A DNA stretch of 64,000 nt from Lingula anatina (taxonomy: Eukaryota; Animalia; Brachiopoda), in the NCBI GenBank assembly GCA_051362555.1, contig CM120642.1, positions 19,158,001 through 19,222,000 of the forward strand, given 5' to 3'. Below, one piece after another: positions 1 through 9,983 of this stretch (within the stretch, counting starts at the first letter, position 1; each line of letters opens with the position of its first letter). The position numbers and the translations under genes are program-made. The notes below the pieces were generated by a model. That model saw only the letters and a list, made by a program, of their open reading frames with translations. It did no database searches and was not told where the DNA came from.

Positions 1-239
1 TAGCGTTTGTGATGAATTAATGAATTGTTTTATCTTCATTTTAGAAAATTCATGCTAATAAATTGCTTACAAGGTCAGCTTACACAGAAGTAGTCAAATA
101 GTTTAGCAGTAACTGAAGCAAGTAGGGGTGAATAGTACGCCACGGTCATCTGATAAACAAGTTGGGGTAGTCCATTCAATGGGAGGGGTCTAGTGGAGAA
201 AATCCACTCAATCTGAGGGATGCCAGGTAGTGTAACTCC

Positions 240-841
240 ATTCCAAATAAAGGGGTGTTTATTGGGGCGATGCCATTCCATTAGAGGGGTGGCAGGTGGG
301 GCGATTCCATTGCAATAGAAGGGGTGGCAGGTGGGGCGATTCCATTGCAATAGAAGGGGTGGCAGGTAGGGGGAGCCCATTGCATAAAAGGGGGTGACAG
401 GTGGGGCGAGTCCATTGCATTAGAAGGGGGTGACAGGTGGGGCGAGTCCATTGCATAAAAGGGGGGGTGACAGGTGGGACGAGTCCATTGCATTGGAAGG
501 GGTGACAGGTGGGGCAAGTCCATTGCATTGGAAGGGGTGACAGGTGGGGCCAGTCCATTGCATTAGAAGGGGGTGACAGGTGGGGCGAGTCCATTGCATA
601 AAAGGGGGGTGACAGGTGGGACGAATCCATTGCATAAAAGGGGGGTGACAGGTGGGGCGAGTCCATTGCATTAGAAGGGGTGACAGGTGGGGCAAGTCCA
701 TTGCATAAAAGGGGGTGACAGGTGGGGCGAGTCCATTGCATTAGAAGGGGTGACAGGTGGGACAAATCTATTGCATTAGAAGGGGTGACAGGTGGGACGA
801 GTCCATTGCATAAAAGGGGGGGTGACAGGTGTGGCGAGTCC
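240..841. repeat. G-rich minisatellite, ~35-38 bp unit (GTCCATTGCATTAGAAGGGGTGACAGGTGGGGCGA), ~16 copies
   Basis: Tandem units are directly visible. They differ in G-run length and TTAGAA/TTGGAA/TAAAA variants; the left-most units are a shorter diverged variant. Confidence 0.95.
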
Positions 842-2792
842 TGTAATTATCCCAATTTGGTTCAGAGAACAGGAAGTGAAGAAATTGTTCTGTTACACCC
901 TCAGAAATCAATTTTTTGGCCAATTTCAGTCGAATTCATTTATTAAAACTTACTTCATTTTAGCTTACATCCGAATCATCCCACCTTTTCATTATTACGT
1001 TCTAATTTCAAATTAAGTATTTATACTAAGAGTAGGCCGCCAAATTTAAACAATCCATGATAGCAAAAGCCAAAACCCGTCAAAATGGGACCCTCCCTAT
1101 ATGAGAAAATATAGGAAAATTATATCCAAACGAATTAGTTCCATATGCTATAGGGCAAAAATCTCATGTGAATTTTTTAATTTTTTAATAACCAGGAATA
1201 ACCAGAAATAAATTTTAAATATAAAATGTAAGTTGTTGGAAACCATTTAAGAAATTTTATTCCAGTGCGCTAAATCAGCTTGCAGGGTTTTTTTAAAAAG
1301 AAAATACTGGTCATTTTATAACTGTTTAAGATTTAGGTACCACAGAAAACCGTCAACCACAAAAACATTGACATTATTAATAGTTCAGATTGAATTTTAA
1401 AGTCTCAAACACTAAGAATAACTCGCTTTCTATTGATTACTACTATTCTTATCATAATAATTTCATAACAAAGTGAAAAATAAAACACCAAATTTCAAAA
1501 GTTTTTTTTTATTATTGAGTTTTTATATAAGAGATGTTTAGGTACGAAGGAGCGTGGGTTCCTGTGTGTGAAACAAAGGCTAGACTTCATAGGCTGCTAT
1601 CAGGTGGATGCTGTGCAGAATCTGGTTGAGCTCCTGAAAAGATAAAATAATGTTTACATGTTTGAACTAAACAGACAGGCTCTTTAAATTCTAATAATGC
1701 AAGTAATATCACGGGGCAGAAGGCAAAATAAATGGAATGGCGTGCACGTTTATTAACTAGTCTGATGTTCAGGTTCAGCTAGCGTAAAAGCAAAATTATG
1801 ATCTGAAATTAGTTAATGATATAACTATTTGAGGCCTCTTGTTAAAAAGTAACATTGATGGGACAGTCCGTTTCATTTGCAGGGTGGGTGAGCTTATTGC
1901 TACGACCGTTAATATATTCCTCTTGATATTGAAAGTTATAACAGCTGTTGTAGTACATAATGACGCATTTCAGAGAAAGAGATCATTTACAAATTCTCTT
2001 CGAAAATTATAACAAATATACTTCATACCAGTATTGGTTTCTCTAGACGTACATGAACAGATACAGATACAGATACTGCACATATATAATATAAGTTTTC
2101 ATACAGTGAATCGCGTAATGGACGGACAACACACGGAACAATGGAGACGACAGGCTGTGTAAAATATGTATCTGTTAATCAATGTGTAATGAGCACTCGA
2201 AATCCTTGGATCAGAAGCTCAGAACGATGACAAGCTCCATCCAAAATAATCTTTTAAACACAAACGACACTTTAAATTAGGTCAAAATATTCAAAATTAA
2301 TTGTCAAGGCTGGGGAACACAAAATGTTCAAACAGAGAGTTACAAAGTGTAGAGGATTTCAAGCTAACTTAGGTTATCATCAAAAGTCAGATGAATGCAC
2401 CGTTTATCCTGAACATTTGGTGTCCCATTGCACTGTAAGCAATAATTTCTGAGCGACACACAAGTAGCATAACAATGGAAATACAGTAAAATGATTCATG
2501 TCATAAATATTTGTCGTAAATATTTTTCTCATTCTTCTGCGCCTTTAATATTTAATGGCTGTGGTTGATGAAGAAATAGTGATACTTACAAACAATATAT
2601 TTGCTTCCACGCCTTATAAAAGCTCTACCTTCTGACTGCTCCACACATACTGTTGCGTCTACACGCGACTTTGTCTAACTGCCAAGTGAGCATTCGGGAA
2701 GACAGCTCCCACTGCGATGACCAACTTGTTGTTATGCAAATAACAACAGGTATAGCTCATTTTATGTGAGAGGCTGTTACCGAAACTGTACA

Positions 2793-3905
2793 TACCCCCG
2801 TCACACTAGAGGCGGAATGAGCAAGAATGCCGTCGGAAATACAATTCTTTGTGCTTTCCTGGATATTCGAAGAGCATTCTTAAAATTCCGAATATTTTAC
2901 CCATTCTTGTGGCATCCCGAATGTTTTTCTCATGTTAAAAACTTTCGAAATGCATTCCAAGTGGAAAATTATCGAATGACATTTGAACAGTATTCTAACT
3001 GCACTATGACTGCATTTAAATGTTCTCACGGCATTCCGACAGCATTATAAACATTCTGATAACATTACAGGAAGATTCGAAATGGCAAGTGACTTAAAGC
3101 CCCCGTCACACTTATTCGAAATCAGTAGGAATGAAGCAGAACCAGCCGGAATTACTAAATTAAAAAATTCGTGCCATATTCGGGAGGGAAATTAAAATTA
3201 ATTAAAATTGTCATAAAATATTACGGCTTTGTAAGTATGCCTCTGGAATACTAAGAATGCACATCGAACCCGCCTGGAATTATTCTTGCACATTCCAGGT
3301 ATATTACCTCTCAAATGCAGCTCGAATGTAGTTGGAATACTGTCGGGATATTGCGAATGTTGGAATGCACTTCGAAAGTTTTTGACATGACAAAAACATT
3401 CGAGCCGGCCACAAGAATGGCTAAAAATATTTAGAATGCACTCAGAATTTTTAGAATGCTCTTCGAATAACCTGGTATGCACTAAGAATTGTATTTGCGA
3501 CGCCATTCTTAATCATTCCGCCTCTAGTGTGACGGGGGTATAAAATCCCGCCAGAATGTTTCGAATGTGCCTCGGATGAGCTGAAAAATTAATTTTTCCA
3601 GCAATCGAACTACACTAGTACGCCATTCAAAGTTTACTATAAATATTCTGACTGCCTTCTGACAGCATTATAGATATTCCTAGTTTTCCAACTACATTCG
3701 AACTGCATTTGAGAGATAAAACAGCAAAAAGTGCACTTATCATTCCAGGCGAATTCGAGCGCATTCTGAGTAATCAAACGGTACTCTTACAATAATTAAG
3801 GTCAATTTAAACTTTTTTCCCGAATGTGGTGCGAATTTTTCAGATTCTTCGTTCAGCCTCATTCTTCTTGATTCCTACTGATTCCAATTAAGTGTGACGG
3901 GGGTG
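2793..3905. mobile_element. Non-autonomous PIF/Harbinger-like element (outer copy)
   Basis: Termini TACCCCCGTCACAC (2793) and GTGTGACGGGGGTG (3905), flanked by ACA on both sides. Interior is rich in CATTC/GAATG motifs. Confidence 0.7.
3098..3540. mobile_element. Same-family element nested in inverted orientation
   Basis: AGCCCCCGTCACAC...GTGTGACGGGGGTA flanked by a TAA duplication (3095-3097, 3541-3543). Its ends are reverse complements of the outer element's ends. Confidence 0.75.
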
Positions 3906-4031
3906 ACACGAATGTTCAATAAACCAGGTGGTGATACCTTCATATGCTCAAAGTCGTGCAAATATTCGATGTCGAATATGATACTCTATAAGGCCAAAAG
4001 TGTCTAACTGGGCCTACTACACGTGTAGCCT

Positions 4032-4186
4032 AGGTGTAACAGGAATGGGAGTCAGCCAGGAATCATTACTTTGTACAGTTGACGTGCGTCCATATACTAA
4101 CCCCAATACTCCAATTAACCCTAACCTGTACTAGTCATATGGGAGACCGGACTTCCATTCCTAGGACTTCCATTCCTGTTACACCT
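4032..4186. mobile_element. Small MITE-like element
   Basis: Inverted termini AGGTGTAACAGGAATGG / CCATTCCTGTTACACCT, with internal TAACCC-type motifs. Confidence 0.6.
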
Positions 4187-5096
4187 GTTTTTCCTATGTA
4201 AAAATTATTCTGAAAAATAAGCAATGAGCAATGAATGTCTTTCTTTACACCCCCCCCCCCCAAAAAAAAAAAAAAATCGATAAGGTCTACTGCCATGCTA
4301 CGATGCATTTTGCTCAGTTATGGGAATTGGCCTGCTGACTAAAATGAAATTTTCAGCATCAGACCCACGTTCGCCATTCATGGAATCAGAAGTTAGCTAG
4401 GTTTTTAACGCGAACAAAGACGCGAGACGTCAATGATGTATGAATCATATCATTTTGAATATCCCATAGTCTATATACTGAGAGTCAATGAAAACGCATC
4501 ATTTATTTATCAAATCATATTTTTGTTCCTTTGGCACATTAAGAAAATAACGTGTGAACACAAGGTGAAATAAAGGTCAGAAATGATCATTAAAATGCAA
4601 GGTCACGTAATCAAATCTCTTTGGTTCCGCCCATCCTCCAGCATCCCCAGGACCCGCAGTCACTCTTTCAGTGTCAGACGTGGCATCACTGAACTTTCTT
4701 GTCATGTGTCACATGTGGATTTGGTTACTACCTTAAATAGCTGAAGCGAAAATTTTAAACATCCTAGTGGTCAGCCCACTCCCTTATGACCAAACAAGTG
4801 CATTTGTACTCGTTTAAATGGTTGGAATCGATTCTCGGTAAAAAAAAAAAAAAAAAAAAATACAAGAAAGTTTTCTGATGCGTTTACATTGACTGTCAGT
4901 ATATAAAACTTGTACCAGGTTTTCGACGGGTCTTTCATGTGGTCAGACCCTTGATATATAGCGTCAAGGTTCATATGAATGAGTACATGTAACAAGGACC
5001 AAATACAGTTTGGTGGGTTCTAGTATGACTACGAAAAACACGCTTGGTCTCATTATTTATTTTGTCGACTGACTTATTTACCAATCAGACTGTTAA

Positions 5097-5405
5097 CGGG
5101 GGCGGATCCGGGATTATTTGAAGGGGGGGGGGGGGGGGGGGTCCGGAACGACAGACCTCGGATGCAAAGCCGACCATCGCCCCCTTGGTGTGGGGCATTG
5201 GGGTTTGGGGCCTGCTGAAGGGCCCCGAAATTTTTTTGGTTTTCTTAAGAGCAAACAGTGCCCTTTGGTACGGTTTAGAACTATGATTTAGCTAGTCAAA
5301 ATTCTAATTTCAAGAGGGAAATATTGGTGTGATATATTTTTCAGAAACCGAAGGGGGGGGGGGGGGGGTCAGGACTCCCCTGACCCCCGTCTAAATCCGC
5401 CATTG
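5097..5405. mobile_element. hAT-like MITE with poly-G tracts
   Basis: GGGGCGGATCC...AATCCGCCATTG termini. A truncated relative lies at ~21445-21590. Superfamily is inferred from terminus style. Confidence 0.6.
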
Positions 5406-6503
5406 AACCACCACCATTTTTTTCACTAGACTACTGGTATATAAATATTCATTTTTCACATTTTAGCTTTAAAATATCCATACTTCAATTAATTTTATTT
5501 ATTTCTGCTGGTGTGAATAGTTTTAAAAAACTTGATTGCTCTTTCATCGCAAGCTGTTAAGAGGGAAATATTTAACAGCACTATGTATTAACAGAAAGCT
5601 TTAGTTCTAGAAGCTTTTGCAATCTGAGTAGAAATGGCACTTGAAAGCACAGAAATATGAATTTTTAGAACACTATATAAGGGCATAGAGAAGTGAATTC
5701 AAAGCAAACTATAAGAAGTAGGACAAAGCACTTTGAAAGCGCAGCTCAATTCAAAACCAATAAAACGTGATGTTTATTTTACATATTTTATAAGGTTACT
5801 GGATATAGGGTACTGAAATCCAAGTCTTTTCATTTATATTACGACTGTCCATTTTACTTAAACTCTACCATAGAACTTTTAACTCCTATCAGATCACTTC
5901 GATCTAGTGGACAACTTCAACGTAAGCGAAAAGACACCAAAAAGACTCTTAAAACATATGAACACAGAAGTTTCGAGATTTGTGCACCGATTTTATGGTC
6001 TAATTTTATCACAAGATCTAATGTGTCTCTGGATGACTCATATTACTGTTTTAAGAAGAATTTAAAAACTTTTTTATTTAAAGAATACTTTAATTTATAG
6101 CATCTTTTTAGTTTTTAAAATTTTTAAGTTTTCTGTTTTAGTCTATACTGGCTTTAATCTATCTGTGGAGTTTTTATTTTTTATGTAAACAGCGCTGAGA
6201 CGCATGTGTAGCGCGGTTTTAAAGAAGTGTTTTATTATTATTATTATTATTGAATTCATTTTTGTGATGTTTTCATACAATATCATTGCATTATTTTGTA
6301 CGGTAATATACATGTATGCCCAAATACATAATTTCAGATCAATTTCGCAAAAATTTAAACATTTTTAGTTTTTAGACCAAAATTAATTAAATGCTCACTG
6401 AACCGCTGTCTCTAATAACTTATTATTTTTGAAAAAAGTTTAATGGAAGCAGGGCGTGTCTGAATTTTAACATATTTATGCAGGTCAATAATCAATATAC
6501 CAC

Positions 6504-6542
<39 letters not shown>

Positions 6543-6925
6543 TTATTTTTTTAGGCGGGGGGGGGGGGGGGGGGGGGCTTTTGCCGGAGGGCATGTGGGT
6601 AATGATATATGACTTTGTCTCGTTCTGTACAGCAGTACATGCAGTTCCTTGAAAAAAATCAAGCTGGTAAAAAAAAAAAATTAAAAAGTAAGAGAATTCA
6701 ATTAAGCCCCAAACCCCACAGGAACAAACGTGCTTATTATAATGCTCTTTAGGGTAATATAGAAAATCTCAGGTGCAAACCTGGAAACACGATATCAATA
6801 TGCCAAGCTTGCGTGCGCCTAGGCCGTTATCTCCTCAGGACAGATAAATGTGATATCCATACCAAAAAGCATCTTATGTCTCCAGACAAAGGCTTAGACC
6901 GGGTGCTTTCCAGGAATTCCACTTA

Positions 6926-7163
6926 GGGCGCATTCAGACACATCGCATATCGTACTTACTGGGTCGGTCCAACTCTATGGGGGATTCTCACTAAAGTACA
7001 GTCAGTAGAATTGGCTTAATCTGCACACTGGTTAATAGCCCCCTACATGCTTGAGGAGGCGTGTCAGACTAAGGCGATTCTACTGTTAGCACTTAAAATA
7101 GCGAAATTCACCCGCAAAGATTGACCGACCTAGCTAGTACGATGTATGAATCTGAATGCCGTC
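6926..7163. mobile_element. Harbinger-type MITE, diverged relative of the 19147/36306 family
   Basis: TIRs GGGCGCATTCAGA / TCTGAATGCCGTC with TTA/TAA flanks. Internal GGGGATTCTCACTA motif shared with the family. Confidence 0.55.
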
Positions 7164-8294
7164 TAAGGCAGAGAAACCTTTAACTTTTGTTTTCATTATA
7201 AGACAGACGACTTTCTTGATGATGTATAATGCCCCAGTACCTATTATATGAATGAATACTGTCCGAACAATCATGTTCCTGACAATTTATATACATAAAG
7301 ACATGGTATTTATAGGTGATGCTTTATTAAGCCATCGTGTAAAAGAGAAATACAAGACAGGTCGCTTATGAACTCAGACACGGTTGTCATAAAATTCTGA
7401 TATTCTAGTCTGTTTCCTCATTTGGGCCTCAAAAATTAACCGTTTTTCGAGCATACCAAATATAGACTCGATATTTGGGTGCTTAAAACGTTTCCTTTGA
7501 TGGCCTTTATATTCTTACCAGATAATTACAACGATTACAACTTGATTTTCATTACAGCAGACAAACATGTACAGATGATTTACACAAGTTTTCCTGCTTT
7601 GCATTTCGTCATTAACTAAACTATATCCGAAAAACAAGCAAGCAAATAATTTACAGTAAGAAACCATTTAAAAAAAAGGGCCTTTTACGCAAGTAGACAA
7701 AAATTTTAATTTTAATTAAAAAAGCACACACGGAAGATTTTCAAAGAAATATTATAAAATCTAGGTCAGATTTCTGTCCTTTCACGCCCTAAGTACTCAC
7801 AGCACAATGGGCGCCCCTGTAGTGGAACGGGTGACTTGTGGCAAGCATGTTTTACACATTCATGGATCCCATGGCAGTATACTCATCTTTATTCTTCAAG
7901 TTTCTGCTCTTTTCTCTCTGTCGTCCAAATATCGTTTATGAGATAAATGCATAAATCCGATCTTGAGAAAGCCCGAACTATAATAACTAAATAGATTTAT
8001 ATGATGTATTACAACTTAAATGCCTCTATAATTCTGGATACGCACTAGTAAGTCTAAAGCACTGATCTTCATGTTTTCAGAAATAGATTACTTGACTGTC
8101 TAAAACTCTTTTACTTGGACGTATTTTCCACTATACAATAACAACACTTCTTTATGTAAAATATAAGATACGTAATAATATATTTAGTCTTAATTTCTTA
8201 AACCAATTGCCAGATTGACCAGTGGAATACACAATGTAGGTCTCAGCGTTTAAGGCCGGCCAAACACTCCCATAAGACTAATAGTTTGCACACT

Positions 8295-9566
8295 TTAGTA
8301 TCTCCCATAGTAAGATGTTCTTATCTTGCCTGTACTTGCCCACGGCCATCCAAGAAGCAGTCCGTATCTCTTTGCAACGATTTCTTCCCTTTCGCCATTT
8401 TGCCTTTGTGAATTATGGGGGTAATCCGCTTCAACATCATCTATGTCATCATTGCGTCTTACTGCGCTTTCATGTGGTCGCCATGGAAATGAGGACATAG
8501 ACACGGTCCGCTTCCAGTGGTCGCCCCATGGATACCTAAGAATTGCACCGTATCTTTTGTCAAGTTCGTTCGTATCAGGCTCATTGTCCTCGTCTGTGCT
8601 TTCGTCGAAATCGTAATAATACGGACCAGCATCGTTTTCCGGGTCCGATTCTTCATCTTGCCCCCAGTTTTCATCCCGTTTCGCCCACGGGAACCTCAGG
8701 ATTGCCCCGTATCGTTTACTGTAAGGGTCTTGTAACTCACTAGTGTACCGCTTGCCGATAGGCATTCGGAATACGCTTCCGTACCGCTTTCCGTAGGGTA
8801 AACGGAATACGCTTCCATATCTCTTTCCGGCGGGTAAGTTGAACACACTGCCGTATCTTTTCCCACCAGGTAATCGAAATACGCTTCCGTATCTTTTCCC
8901 ACTTGGTAACCTAAACACGCTGCCGTATCTTTTCCCGCCAGGAAGTCGGAACACGCTTCCGTATCGCTTTCCGGCCGGCAGTTGGAACACACTCCCATAA
9001 CGTTTACCATAAGGCATGCTGAAGACGCTTCCATACCTTTTACCAGAGGGCATCCTGAAGATGCTTCCGTAACGTTTTCCGTATGGGAAGCGAAACACAC
9101 TTCCGTAACGTTTATCTGTAGCCATATCATTGCTTTGTTCGTCTGTGTCGTCCTCGTCGCCATCATTTTTCTGAACATCGGAGGCAAAGTCTCCCCAAAC
9201 ACCCTCTTCTGAGTCCTCATTATTGTCTTCGTGGCCTCGTAAAGCTTTATATATTGCCTTGGTTACCATATTTTTCTGAATGGTTTCCTCGGAGCTGCCT
9301 CCATTTTGGGGTTTCTGTGCACCAACATGATATACAACGGCCTTCAAAGCGTCGGCGCACTCTTGCAATATTTCACCGTCAGTGCAGCAGTCCTCCTGCT
9401 TCGTCACGCCAAAGGTGTCACACAAGGCGCACGTGCTCGCACGCGGAGATGTGTCATCCTCGCACGTGCCTAGTTTCTCGACTGGGTCTTGACTTGCCGC
9501 TTTGTGGCAGAACAACACCAATGCCATTAGGAGAGCACACCAGACGGAGAAAACGTTTCCCTGCAT
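8295..9566 (-). CDS. Neuropeptide precursor (423 aa), opioid-like architecture with YG-initiated peptides and LFRFamide-like cores
   Basis: Hydrophobic signal peptide (to ~AAS|Q); six-Cys domain; acidic spacers; ten KR-YGS[VI]Fx[FML]PxG-KR units with Gly amide donors; also YGAILRFPWA, YGAILRYPWGDHW and YGLLLGWPWA... peptides. A splice acceptor (ttacag|G) lies immediately before the ATG. Precursor status is strong; family assignment is inference. Confidence 0.93.
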   Translation of the reverse strand: MQGNVFSVWCALLMALVLFCHKAASQDPVEKLGTCEDDTSPRASTCALCDTFGVTKQEDCCTDGEILQECADALKAVVYHVGAQKPQNGGSSEETIQKNMVTKAIYKALRGHEDNNEDSEEGVWGDFASDVQKNDGDEDDTDEQSNDMATDKRYGSVFRFPYGKRYGSIFRMPSGKRYGSVFSMPYGKRYGSVFQLPAGKRYGSVFRLPGGKRYGSVFRLPSGKRYGSVFRLPGGKRYGSVFNLPAGKRYGSVFRLPYGKRYGSVFRMPIGKRYTSELQDPYSKRYGAILRFPWAKRDENWGQDEESDPENDAGPYYYDFDESTDEDNEPDTNELDKRYGAILRYPWGDHWKRTVSMSSFPWRPHESAVRRNDDIDDVEADYPHNSQRQNGEREEIVAKRYGLLLGWPWASTGKIRTSYYGRY

Positions 9567-9741
9567 CCTGTAAGATGTATTGAAATTAAATCAACATGCT
9601 GAGTCAATGTAAAATTACATCAAGGATAGCCGTACTTAAAAAATAAACAAATACCGAAAAAGGACGAGTATATTTCCTGCGATTCCCAAATTACGAATAC
9701 ATATTTGTTGATATTGATGGAAATCGAGAGCTGGCCTTTCT

Positions 9742-9983
9742 CAGGCCTTATAAACGGATGAGGCGTTTACTTACACTACTCACAGATCTTTTAGCACCAA
9801 CACCCATATTAACCACAGAACCCACAAATTAACCAACACTACCAGAACGGATGAATGTTAGCGCTAGGTATCGCTTTGTTGGTGCTAAATAACAGCACGG
9901 TGTGTTGGTTTTGGTGGCTAATATGCAGTGCTAAGAGATCTGCGGGCAGTGTTAGTAAACGCCTAATCCGTTTATAAGGCCTG
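9742..9983. mobile_element. Palindromic MITE just upstream of the neuropeptide coding exon
   Basis: TIR CAGGCCTTATAAACGGAT / ATCCGTTTATAAGGCCTG extending imperfectly ~55 bp; TTTCT on both flanks. Confidence 0.8.

Noticed and set aside
75-1016. Repetitive Pro/Cys-rich ORFs
   Set aside because: They are translations of the minisatellite; unit lengths vary by non-multiples of 3.
8748-9113. 36-bp periodic repeat resembling a CRISPR or satellite array
   Set aside because: It is the coding peptide array, with synonymous variation, no spacers, and eukaryotic context.
8315-9583. Antisense and alternative-frame ORFs over the neuropeptide gene
   Set aside because: Shadows of a GC-richer coding exon, with no recognisable features.
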